Below, piece after piece: positions 17,215-26,014 of a stretch of DNA of 64,000 nucleotides. This DNA is from Eubacteriales bacterium. GTDB lineage: Bacteria > Bacillota > Clostridia > Oscillospirales > CAG-272. How positions within the stretch are numbered: position 1 is the first letter of the stretch; the number at the start of each line of letters is the position of its first letter. The position numbers and the translations under genes are program-made. The DNA is taken from the NCBI GenBank assembly GCA_045542275.1, contig JAZQKP010000016.1, positions 5,576 through 69,575 of the forward strand, written 5' to 3'. The notes beneath the pieces are model-generated. The model saw only the letters and a program-made list of their open reading frames with translations. It did not search any database and was not told where the DNA came from.

Positions 17215-18453
17215 ATGGCATTACATATTCTTGATGAAGCAAATCGCTGCCTTGAGTGTAAAAATCCAACCTGTATAAAGGGCTGTCCCATAGGTACGCC
17301 TATTCCACAGGTTATAAAGCTTCTTAAGGAAAACAAGCTTGATGAGGCAGGAAGAATGCTTTTCTTCAATAACCCTCTTACAACCATCTGCAGTCTTATC
17401 TGCAACCACGAAAAGCAATGCGAGGGTCACTGTGTCCTTGCAAAAAAGGGAAATCCCGTTCACTTTTCTGCAATCGAAAGCTATATTTCAAACGCCTACG
17501 CACCTAAAATGGTCAAGGGTCCTGCACCCTCAAACGGCCATAAGGTTGCAATTGTAGGCTCTGGCCCTGCAGGACTTACAATCTCCATTATTCTTGCAAG
17601 ATACGGCTATCAGGTTACTATCTTTGAAAGCAAGGATAAAATCGGTGGAATTTTAAGGTACGGTATCCCCGAATTCCGTCTTCCTAAGCGAGTTTTAGAG
17701 GATTTGCAGTACAGACATATTGAATTAAAGGGTATAAAAATCCGTCCAAATATCCGTATCGGCGATGCAATCGGCATTGACGATTTGTTCCGTGACGGAT
17801 ACAAGGCTATATTTATCGGCACAGGCGTATGGCGTGCCAACTCTCTGCATATCAAGGGTGAAACCCTTGGTAATGTTCACTTTGCCATTAACTATCTTAC
17901 CAACCCCGACGTTTATAAGCTGGGGGATAATGTTACTATTATCGGCGCAGGTAATGCTGCTATGGACGTGGCAAGAACAGCTATCCGTAACGGAAGCCAG
18001 AATGTTACCTGCTTCTCTATTACCGGTAAGGCTGCGGCAAGTGAGTATGAATTCAAATACGCAACCCTTGAGGGCGTAGGGTTCCGGTACAACCTTAAGC
18101 CTGTTGAAATCCTTGATGACGGTGTTATTTTCCGTAGAGTTACGGAGGACGAAAACGGTAATCTTACAGAAATTGAGGGTAGCGATGTGTTCCAGCCCTC
18201 CAGCTCCGTAATTATCGCCATAAGCCAAGGCCCCAGAAACGTAATCGTTTCCTCCACCACAGGTCTTAACGTAAACGAAAGAGGACTTTTACGTGCTGAT
18301 GAGCACGGTCATACAAGCAGACAGGGTATTTTCGCATCCGGCGACGTTGTAAGCGGTGCCAGAAGCGTGGTTGAGGCCGTTGCCCACAGTAAGGTGGTTG
18401 CCGAATCCATGCATCAGTATATTCAAAGCACTCTTAAGGAAGATGAAAAATAA
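17215..18453 (+). CDS. GltD-family NAD(P)H-dependent FAD/Fe-S oxidoreductase (glutamate synthase small-subunit-like)
   Basis: N-terminal Cys clusters (CLECKNPTCIKGCP, CNHEKQCEGHC) followed by two Rossmann dinucleotide motifs (VAIVGSGPAGLT, VTIIGAGNAAMD). Confidence 0.8.
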   Translation: MALHILDEANRCLECKNPTCIKGCPIGTPIPQVIKLLKENKLDEAGRMLFFNNPLTTICSLICNHEKQCEGHCVLAKKGNPVHFSAIESYISNAYAPKMVKGPAPSNGHKVAIVGSGPAGLTISIILARYGYQVTIFESKDKIGGILRYGIPEFRLPKRVLEDLQYRHIELKGIKIRPNIRIGDAIGIDDLFRDGYKAIFIGTGVWRANSLHIKGETLGNVHFAINYLTNPDVYKLGDNVTIIGAGNAAMDVARTAIRNGSQNVTCFSITGKAAASEYEFKYATLEGVGFRYNLKPVEILDDGVIFRRVTEDENGNLTEIEGSDVFQPSSSVIIAISQGPRNVIVSSTTGLNVNERGLLRADEHGHTSRQGIFASGDVVSGARSVVEAVAHSKVVAESMHQYIQSTLKEDEK

Positions 18454-18462
18454 CATACAAAC

Positions 18463-18497
18463 AAAAATCCCCGACACGTGTCGGGGATTTTTATTTT
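18463..18497. terminator. Bidirectional rho-independent terminator
   Basis: Palindrome ATCCCCGACAC/GTGTCGGGGAT flanked by an A-run and a T-run. Lies between convergent genes. Confidence 0.8.
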
Positions 18498-18520
18498 TGG
18501 AGGCTCTATAAGGATACAGA

Positions 18521-19399
18521 CTACTGATTATCCTTGTATCCCCAGATTACTTCTTTTACTTTTATATCTTTTCTTTCATCTCCCGTCCATTCATCATCCC
18601 AACCGTCAGGCTTGGATGTTGCTTCGCAATACACTGTAAGATTTTCATTACCGTAAAATGCATTTTTCGATATATGAGTAACACTGGACGGAATAATTAT
18701 ACTTTCAAGCTTTTCGCAGTTGCGAAACGCACGGCTATCAATAGACGTAACACTGCTTGGAATAGTTACACTTGTAAGCTCCTTGCAATATGAAAATACA
18801 GCGCGTTCGATAGAGGTAACTCCATTTGGAATATTTACGCTTTTAATTTTAGAGCCGATAAATGCACCTTGCTCAATCGACGTAATACTATCCGGAATAG
18901 TTATGCTTTCAATTCCGCAATAAGCAAACAGCCCTGCGTTGATGGAAGTAAGATTATCAGGAAGCTTTATATCGGTAAGGCTTCTACAACCTTCAAATGC
19001 ACTTTCGCCAATATAAGTAACAGTATCGGGAATTACTATCGTAGTAAGATTTGAACAAGAAATAAATGCAACTGCATCAATATTCGTTACACTATTCGGA
19101 ATATATACGTGTGTAATTTGTTTATTATTTTCAAAAGCCATACTACCAATAGAAGTAACGGGAAGATCATTATACTCATCGGGAATATGGATTACCGTAT
19201 CCTTACATTCTCCAATGCCAACCACAGCATATGATTTGCCGTCAGAATTCATTTCAAAAGCTAGCCCTTCACTTGACGGATTAGGTTCAACAGGAGGAGT
19301 TTCTGTAGTTGTGGTTTCATCGTTACCGTCACAAGAGTACAGCATAAGCGAACATAGGCACAAAGACAAAATTATAAACACGTATGTGAGCTTTTTCAT
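18521..19399 (-). CDS. BspA-type leucine-rich-repeat surface lipoprotein
   Basis: Lipoprotein signal MKKLTYVFIILSLCLCSLMLYSC. Repeated about-23-aa units of the form IPxxVTxIxxxAFxxCxxLxxI. Confidence 0.8.
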   Translation of the reverse strand: MKKLTYVFIILSLCLCSLMLYSCDGNDETTTTETPPVEPNPSSEGLAFEMNSDGKSYAVVGIGECKDTVIHIPDEYNDLPVTSIGSMAFENNKQITHVYIPNSVTNIDAVAFISCSNLTTIVIPDTVTYIGESAFEGCRSLTDIKLPDNLTSINAGLFAYCGIESITIPDSITSIEQGAFIGSKIKSVNIPNGVTSIERAVFSYCKELTSVTIPSSVTSIDSRAFRNCEKLESIIIPSSVTHISKNAFYGNENLTVYCEATSKPDGWDDEWTGDERKDIKVKEVIWGYKDNQ

Positions 19400-19424
19400 C
19401 GAAATGACCTCCTTATATATGATT

Positions 19425-21233
19425 TTAGTTTCCCTTGTATCCCCAGATTACTTCTTTTACATTTTGCGCCCACTCGTCATCCCAGCTATCAGGCTTCGAT
19501 TCTACTTCGCAATATACTACAAGATTTTGGGAGTTACAAAATACTCCTTCACCAATTTCTGTTACATTACTTGGAATATTTATAGATGTAAGGTTTATAC
19601 ATCCGTAAAACGCAGCGCGCCCTATAACCGTAACACCGTCGGGAATTGTATAAGATGTGCCATGCTTCCATAAGGGATAAAGAATAAGTGTCTTACTATC
19701 CTTACTGAAAAGGACGCCGTCTACGGATTTGAAATACTTATTTCCCTCATCCACAGTAACCTTCTCAAGAGAACTTCGCAAAAAATCAAAGCATTCGGGA
19801 TCTATTTCAGACACGCCTGCGCCAATTTTAAGCTCATGAAGGTTTTTGAAATTTTTAATAATATCAAGCAAAGGAGATGTAACATTATTTGGAATGTCCA
19901 ATTTGTTCATATTGTAGCATCCACTAAAGGCAGCGCTGCCTATTGATATCAGACTGTCCGGAAGATCTACTTCAGGGAGAGATTCGCATCTGAAGAATGC
20001 CTCTTTGCCCAAGGATTCAAGTGTGCTCGGCAATGTTATAGATTCAAGTTCATCGCAGAATCTGAACGCTCGCTCCCCGATAGAGATAACGCCCTCTGGA
20101 ATAGTTATATTCGCAATAGTATCACAATGATCAAATGCGTTTTTATCAATAGATTTAAGTGTGCTTGGTAAAGATATATATTTTAGCCCAGAACAATAAT
20201 GAAAAGCATAGTCGCCTATAGATGTAACTCCCTCGGGAATAGTTATATTTCTAAGAGCAAAACAGCTTTTAAACAGATGTCTATCGATTTTTTCTAGATT
20301 CTTTGACAGTGTTATCTTTTTAAGATTTATGCAATATCCAAATGCGTGGCTGCCAATTTCTGTAACCATATCAGGAATTTCTATCACTTCAAGAGCTGTG
20401 CATTGATAAAACGCGCCGCTTCCTATAGTTGTAATGCCTTCGGGAAGCTCAATATCCTTCAACTTGTTGCACCAAGCGAAGGCATTGGTCCCGATGGATT
20501 TTATATTATTTGCAAGGATCACCTTTTCCAAATTAAAGTTCCGACAAAACGCCTTATCGCCAATAGCGATAACCTCCTCAGGAACTGAAAACTCAGTGTC
20601 CTTTCTGCCTGATGGATAGCAAACCAGTGTCTTGCCGTCCTTGCTATACATAATTCCGTCTACCGACTTGTACAAGGGATTCTCCTCATCAACGGTTACT
20701 TCTTCAAGTGTATGTGACGGGTTATAAAAAAATCCTCTTTTTAAATCCTGGTATGTTTCAATAATCTCTACTGATGAAGAGATATAAAGATGCTTGATAG
20801 TGCCCGGTGTAGCAAAGGCTTTTTCACCTATTTCCACTACAGGTAATCCATTATGCTTTTCGGGAATTATAATAGTATGCTCTCTTGACAAACAGCTTTC
20901 AAGGCGGTACCCACCTTCTGCCTCAACAAACAAAAAGGCTTCATCATGAGATATCCATTTGGCATAAACGGTTATGTCATTCTTAGGCTCGGTCACTGAA
21001 TCGATTCTGTTTTCAAATGTTGGCTCGGTATACCAACCAAGAAACATATAATTCTCTCTTTCGGGAAATTCAAGTGTGACAGTGCCACTTTCCTTACATT
21101 TAGTAGGGGCATCAGCGCTGTTTACTCCACCGTCAAGCTCGTATGTTATTTCGTAAGTCTTTTCGCAAGAGGACAGCATAAGCGCACATAGGCACAAAGA
21201 CAAAATTATAAACACGTATGTAAGCTTTTTCAT
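19425..21233 (-). CDS. BspA-type leucine-rich-repeat surface lipoprotein with an N-terminal Listeria-Bacteroides (Flg_new-like) repeat
   Basis: ATG at 21233 follows AAGGAGG. Signal peptide nearly identical to the neighbouring paralog. YEITYELDGG...LGWYTEP resembles the Listeria-Bacteroides repeat. Many LRR_5-type units follow. Confidence 0.8.
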   Translation of the reverse strand: MKKLTYVFIILSLCLCALMLSSCEKTYEITYELDGGVNSADAPTKCKESGTVTLEFPERENYMFLGWYTEPTFENRIDSVTEPKNDITVYAKWISHDEAFLFVEAEGGYRLESCLSREHTIIIPEKHNGLPVVEIGEKAFATPGTIKHLYISSSVEIIETYQDLKRGFFYNPSHTLEEVTVDEENPLYKSVDGIMYSKDGKTLVCYPSGRKDTEFSVPEEVIAIGDKAFCRNFNLEKVILANNIKSIGTNAFAWCNKLKDIELPEGITTIGSGAFYQCTALEVIEIPDMVTEIGSHAFGYCINLKKITLSKNLEKIDRHLFKSCFALRNITIPEGVTSIGDYAFHYCSGLKYISLPSTLKSIDKNAFDHCDTIANITIPEGVISIGERAFRFCDELESITLPSTLESLGKEAFFRCESLPEVDLPDSLISIGSAAFSGCYNMNKLDIPNNVTSPLLDIIKNFKNLHELKIGAGVSEIDPECFDFLRSSLEKVTVDEGNKYFKSVDGVLFSKDSKTLILYPLWKHGTSYTIPDGVTVIGRAAFYGCINLTSINIPSNVTEIGEGVFCNSQNLVVYCEVESKPDSWDDEWAQNVKEVIWGYKGN

Positions 21234-21269
21234 TGTTATCCTCCTTTTAATCATCTTTTCAGACACCTA

Positions 21270-23363
21270 TTACGGTATTTTTGCAGAATGAATTCTCATT
21301 ACCTTTCCGTCTTCATTAAAGGCAAGAAAATAGTAAGCTCCTTCAATTTCGTATACTGCTACCCTTTTGCCAATACGTGAGGCTTCATTTTCTGTTTGAA
21401 GCTCATAGAAGTATTCTACATCCTTTATTTTATTAAGAATGTCCTTAAGCCCTTTGGCATCTGCATCCAGCAATAAAGCTTCTTCATATACTACGTTATC
21501 GTTCGGCTCAGCATATGCCCTATACAAAATTCCGTTCAAATAAATGTCACTATCGGTTATGCTGATATCTATACCAAAGGAGGAGGATAAGCTGATTTCT
21601 TGCAAAAGTAAATTTGCTTTAAATTCTGTTTTTCCTCCGCTAGTGCCAAAATCCTTCTTCCAAAGCGATGAAAGGGCGGGATAGTAGGGCGTTATAAATG
21701 TGTTTATTTTTGTTAATTCTATTTCTCCGTTTTCAAGGGAAACCCGATAACGAGTTATAGGCATATGAGAAAAGCTGGATGTATAATTTGGGCAGTCAAT
21801 ATACAATCCGTCTGTTTTTACAGTAAATTTGCTAAAGGCGTGTCCTCTGCCAAGCTCTTTATAAATTTTTGGTACGTTATCATCCTTTGTTACGGAAAGA
21901 TAAATCTTATATTCTCCGTTCTTTCTTTCCTCTGTTATTTCGCAGATTTCGTTCTTACCGTTTCCGTCAATATCGTAGGCTATATAATCTGCCGTTCTCT
22001 TTTCATCAGCAAGGGAAAGGTCATATTTCACCCTGAAATAATAATTATGCTTTACACCGTTTTCATCTGTCACAATAACAAGATATGACCATTGATTTCC
22101 ACGCTGATCCTCACTTGACGCACGGTAGAACCAGCCGATATCTATAAACACGCTTTTATCACCGTGGATTGTTGGAGCAATAAAGTATTTATCAGGAACA
22201 GTTGTGCTGTAATCCTCCAACGCCCCGGGAGAAAAGATACGGGCGCTTACGCTTACGGCTCTGTAATCGGTTTTTATGTAGATACCGTCGCTGCTTGACC
22301 ATTCAAGATTTTCACAGGTGCCGGTATATCTGCTTGCTGTTGTTCTGAAATCGTAATCGGAGAAGCTTCCCTCTCCTGCGTAAAGTAAATTATCCTCAGT
22401 AAGATATTTCTTTCCGTCGTCGGTGTGGCTTACAGGATTTGTAAGAAATACAACGGATAGCACAATGCTTACAATAACAGCCACAACGATTATCCAGAAG
22501 GCAGGCTTTTTATAGTTAAGCACGGATTTGATTCTTTCCTTTACTCTGCCCTCTCCAAAGGCAAGAGGACAGGCAGAAATAATACGTCTGCTTACGCTGC
22601 AGTTAAGAAGCGCCTGAGAATAGTCTGCTCTTCTTTCACCGTCAAGCTCCTTAATTACCTTTTCGTCACAGGCACCCTCAATATCTCTGCAAAGCAAGAT
22701 ATATCCAAGCCACACAAGAGGATTGAACCAGTGAATTGAAAGAATCAGAAAACCAAGGGGCTTCCACAGATAGTCACGACGGCGAATATGGGCTTCCTCG
22801 TGAGCAATAACATACGCTTCATCCTGTGGGCTGATGCTGAAGGGCAAATAAATTCTCGGCTTAATAATTCCAAGGACAAAGGGAGAGGCAACGCCCTCAC
22901 TTTTATAAATGTTATCACGGACAAGAACTGCCGTTGCAACCTTGCTTCTGATTTTCAAATAGCTAACAAGGGCGTACACCGTAAGAAGTGCAATACCGCA
23001 AAGCCAGATAACTGAGGCAACAGGCACAATAATCTGCAAGGGGTTAACGCTTGCGCCAAGCTCAGGCTTAAAGGCATCGCTGATTACAGGGTTAAAGGTG
23101 TTGTCAATAATGGGTATTCCCGAATTTATTTCGGGGGTGGGCGTCACCATAATATCGGAGCTGACCGTATCTGCGCTTGGAATAAGGCTAAGAACGCTTT
23201 CAATGGAAAAGGGACAAATAAGTCGCACTGCCGCTATGCCAAACAGCGCAACGGATATCCATTTTGGCGCTTTCTTAAGAGGTAGCCTTAAAAGCACAAT
23301 TGCAAGTATCAGATAGCTTGCCGATATGCTCATATTTAAAATCTCAAGAAAAATCGCTGACAT
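21270..23363 (-). CDS. M56-family (BlaR1/MecR1-like) membrane metalloprotease/signal transducer with a non-canonical extracellular domain
   Basis: Multiple TM helices and the zinc motif HEEAHIRRRD typical of peptidase M56. After a further TM helix comes an about-390-aa C-terminal domain in which I recognise no penicillin-binding sensor. It contains a DIDGNGKNE FG-GAP/calcium-like motif. Confidence 0.85.
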   Translation of the reverse strand: MSAIFLEILNMSISASYLILAIVLLRLPLKKAPKWISVALFGIAAVRLICPFSIESVLSLIPSADTVSSDIMVTPTPEINSGIPIIDNTFNPVISDAFKPELGASVNPLQIIVPVASVIWLCGIALLTVYALVSYLKIRSKVATAVLVRDNIYKSEGVASPFVLGIIKPRIYLPFSISPQDEAYVIAHEEAHIRRRDYLWKPLGFLILSIHWFNPLVWLGYILLCRDIEGACDEKVIKELDGERRADYSQALLNCSVSRRIISACPLAFGEGRVKERIKSVLNYKKPAFWIIVVAVIVSIVLSVVFLTNPVSHTDDGKKYLTEDNLLYAGEGSFSDYDFRTTASRYTGTCENLEWSSSDGIYIKTDYRAVSVSARIFSPGALEDYSTTVPDKYFIAPTIHGDKSVFIDIGWFYRASSEDQRGNQWSYLVIVTDENGVKHNYYFRVKYDLSLADEKRTADYIAYDIDGNGKNEICEITEERKNGEYKIYLSVTKDDNVPKIYKELGRGHAFSKFTVKTDGLYIDCPNYTSSFSHMPITRYRVSLENGEIELTKINTFITPYYPALSSLWKKDFGTSGGKTEFKANLLLQEISLSSSFGIDISITDSDIYLNGILYRAYAEPNDNVVYEEALLLDADAKGLKDILNKIKDVEYFYELQTENEASRIGKRVAVYEIEGAYYFLAFNEDGKVMRIHSAKIP

Positions 23364-23731
23364 TATTTAATACCCTTTCGATAGTCATCTATCATCTGCT
23401 GTACAGCGTCAAGCTCCTTTTCAGATAATTTTTTATGCTTGGAAAAGGCAGCGATGAATGCAGGTAGTGAGCCCTCAAAGGTCTTTTCCACCATTTCGTT
23501 AATTTCCGCAGCCTGTACCTGCTCCTTTGTAACAAGAGCCCTTACAATTGTATTTTCGTTTACAAGCACTCCTCTGTCGGAAAGACGCTTAATAACCGTA
23601 TATGTGGTTGTAGGCTTCCAGCCAAGCTGCTCCTTGCAAAGCGCAACAAGCTCACTGCTCTTTACAGGCTCATGCTCCCACAAAATAAGACAAAAACGAT
23701 ATTCACTTTCAAATACCTTTGGTGTTTCCAT
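23363..23731 (-). CDS. BlaI/MecI/CopY-family winged-helix transcriptional repressor
   Basis: 122 aa. EYRFCLILWEHEPVKSSELV...TTYTVIKRLSDRGVL is typical of the Penicillinase_R family. The stop overlaps the start of the M56 gene. Confidence 0.9.
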   Translation of the reverse strand: METPKVFESEYRFCLILWEHEPVKSSELVALCKEQLGWKPTTTYTVIKRLSDRGVLVNENTIVRALVTKEQVQAAEINEMVEKTFEGSLPAFIAAFSKHKKLSEKELDAVQQMIDDYRKGIK

Positions 23732-23848
23732 AATAAAATCTCCATTCTAAAGCATTAATCTTCACTTATACTCTAACATATTAGAGCCAAGTTGTCAACT
23801 TTCTTCACAAAATTTTCATTAATAAAACGATAATAATTCTCTTCGCCC

Positions 23849-23862
23849 TTTACATATGTAAA
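23849..23862. promoter_or_regulatory. Perfect TACAnnTGTA-type palindrome (candidate BlaI/CopY-family operator)
   Basis: TTTACATATGTAAA is a 14-bp perfect palindrome containing TACA-TA-TGTA. It lies in the divergent region between the blaI-like gene and the oad operon. Confidence 0.5.
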
Positions 23863-23889
23863 ATTTTATTAAATTATTTAATATAAGTA

Positions 23890-23918
23890 TTTACTTTGTA
23901 TAAAAAGTATGGTAAAAT
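23890..23918 (+). promoter_or_regulatory. Candidate sigma-A promoter of the decarboxylase operon
   Basis: TTTACT, a 17-nt spacer, then TAAAAT, about 75 nt upstream of the oadG-like start. Confidence 0.4.
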
Positions 23919-23991
23919 GTAAAAAAATTTGGGTTAAATCAGGTGAGGCGAAAACGCCTGGTGATGCCCCGTATAAAAAGGAGTGGAGGAA

Positions 23992-24312
23992 ATGGATAAA
24001 TTTTTGCTTTTCGCGGCGAATGAAGGTGATCCTGCTACTTGGATTGTTTGCTTACTCGGCGTTGTAGTCGTATTCGCAGGTCTTGCAGCTCTTATCGGCA
24101 TTATTGAGGTAATGAACAGAGTATGCGACAAGCTTGCTAAGAAGAAGGCAGACAATGCTCCCACAGCTCAGGCTGCACCCGCACCTGTACCTGTTGCAGC
24201 TGCACCTTTGGAAAATCGTCAGGAAATCGTAGCAGCTGTTTGCGCTGCTGTAGCGGAAGAAAACGGCACCGATATTTCGGCTATCCGCGTTGTATCATTT
24301 AAAAAGCTTTAA
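23992..24312 (+). CDS. oadG: OadG-family small membrane subunit of a Na+-translocating decarboxylase
   Basis: Single N-terminal TM helix, an Ala/Pro-rich linker, and the conserved C-terminus EIVAAVCAAVAEE...IRVVSFKK. ATG at 23992 follows GGAGTGGAGG. Confidence 0.75.
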   Translation: MDKFLLFAANEGDPATWIVCLLGVVVVFAGLAALIGIIEVMNRVCDKLAKKKADNAPTAQAAPAPVPVAAAPLENRQEIVAAVCAAVAEENGTDISAIRVVSFKKL

Positions 24313-24333
24313 TTAAGAAAGGAAATAAGAAAA

Positions 24334-24696
24334 ATGAAAGCATATAAAGTAACTGTAAACGGTAATGTTTATGAAATCACACTCGAAGTAATTGACAAGG
24401 CGGATATCAAGACTCCCGCAGCTCCTGTTGCTGCTCCTGCACCCGCTGCTCCTGCTGCTCCCGTTGCTCCTGCTGCTGCAGGCGCTACAACTGTCAGCGC
24501 TCCTATGCCCGGTACTATCCTTAAGGTAAACGTTTCTAACGGTCAGGCTGTTAAGAAGGGCGATGTTCTTATGGTTCTTGAGGCTATGAAGATGGAAAAC
24601 GAAATCATGGCTCCCAACGACGGTACAGTTTCCTCTGTAAATGTTAACGCAGGTGCTTCTGTTGAAGCCGGCGCTGTTCTCTGCACACTTGCATAA
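24334..24696 (+). CDS. Biotin carboxyl carrier (biotinyl domain) subunit
   Basis: Ala/Pro-rich linker plus the biotinylation motif [10 protein letters not shown]. Confidence 0.9.
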   Translation: MKAYKVTVNGNVYEITLEVIDKADIKTPAAPVAAPAPAAPAAPVAPAAAGATTVSAPMPGTILKVNVSNGQAVKKGDVLMVLEAMKMENEIMAPNDGTVSSVNVNAGASVEAGAVLCTLA

Positions 24697-24709
24697 TCGG
24701 AGGCAGTAA

Positions 24710-25999
24710 ATGTTAGACTATATAATCAACTTTGGTGAACAGAGTGGTTTTTACCAGTTCTTCACTGTAGGCCAGGGTTGGAAGAATCTTATTATGATAG
24801 CTATTGCCTGTCTTCTCTGCTGGCTTGCTATCCATAAGAAGTTTGAGCCCTTGCTTCTTCTCCCCATCGCTATCGGTATGCTTCTTACCAACTTACCCGG
24901 CGCAGGCGTGTACAATGAAGCTCTCTTTGCCGGCGGACATGTCCATTGGGACCTTTTCGGCGGTGAGCCCATCACTCAGGAGCTTATTGATACGCTTATT
25001 AACGTAGACAAGGTTGACCCCTCCTCTGCGGTTATTACTTATCTTCAGTCAAATGTAGGCAATACAATTACCCCCGGCCTTATCGACGTGCTTTATCTCG
25101 GCGTTAAGCTTGGTATTTATCCTTGCCTTATCTTTATCGGCGTTGGCGCAATGACAGACTTCGGTCCCCTTATTGCCAACCCCAAGAGCCTTATTCTCGG
25201 TGCTGCAGCTCAGATCGGTATCTTCGCTACATATGCTGCTGCCGTTGCCATGGGCTTTACAGGAGCTGAGGCGGGCTCTATCGGTATTATCGGTGGCGCT
25301 GACGGTCCTACTGCTATCTTCGTAACATCAAAGCTTGCACCCCACCTTCTCGGTCCTATCGCCGTTGCGGCTTACTCCTATATGGCGCTTGTACCTGTAA
25401 TTCAGCCTCCTATTATGAGACTGCTTACAACCAAGGAGGAAAGAGCAATCGTAATGAAGCCTCTCCGTGAGGTTACAAAGGTACAGAAGATTCTCTTCCC
25501 CGTTATCGTAACTATCCTTGTTGCTCTTATCGTACCCAGCGCAGCTCCCCTTGTTGGCTGCCTTATGTTTGGTAACCTTCTTAAGGAATGCGGAGTTTGC
25601 GACCGTCTTTCAAAGACAGTACAGAACGAGCTTATGAACATTGTAACAGTATTCCTCGGTATCTCCGTAGGTGCTACTGCTACTGCTACTACATTCTTAA
25701 GCTTTAACACAATCAAGATCATTATCATGGGCGTAGTTGCATTCGGTGTTGCTACTGCTTGCGGTGTTCTTATTGCTAAGCTTATGAACGTATTCTTGCC
25801 TGAGGGTAAGAAGATTAACCCCCTTATCGGTTCCGCAGGCGTATCTGCTGTTCCTATGGCTGCACGTGTTTCCCAGAAGGAAGGACAGAAGGAAAACCCC
25901 TCAAACTTCTTGCTTATGCACGCTATGGGTCCCAACGTTGCAGGTGTAATCGGCTCTGCAATTGCGGCAGGCGTACTTATCGCACTCTTTGGCGCTTAA
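24710..25999 (+). CDS. oadB: Na+-translocating decarboxylase beta subunit (OadB/GcdB/MmdB family)
   Basis: 429-aa polytopic membrane protein with GAMTDFGPL, IIGGADGPT and LIGSAGVSAVPMAARV segments characteristic of the family. Confidence 0.9.
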   Translation: MLDYIINFGEQSGFYQFFTVGQGWKNLIMIAIACLLCWLAIHKKFEPLLLLPIAIGMLLTNLPGAGVYNEALFAGGHVHWDLFGGEPITQELIDTLINVDKVDPSSAVITYLQSNVGNTITPGLIDVLYLGVKLGIYPCLIFIGVGAMTDFGPLIANPKSLILGAAAQIGIFATYAAAVAMGFTGAEAGSIGIIGGADGPTAIFVTSKLAPHLLGPIAVAAYSYMALVPVIQPPIMRLLTTKEERAIVMKPLREVTKVQKILFPVIVTILVALIVPSAAPLVGCLMFGNLLKECGVCDRLSKTVQNELMNIVTVFLGISVGATATATTFLSFNTIKIIIMGVVAFGVATACGVLIAKLMNVFLPEGKKINPLIGSAGVSAVPMAARVSQKEGQKENPSNFLLMHAMGPNVAGVIGSAIAAGVLIALFGA

Positions 26000-26014
26000 T
26001 GGAGGTAAACTAAA

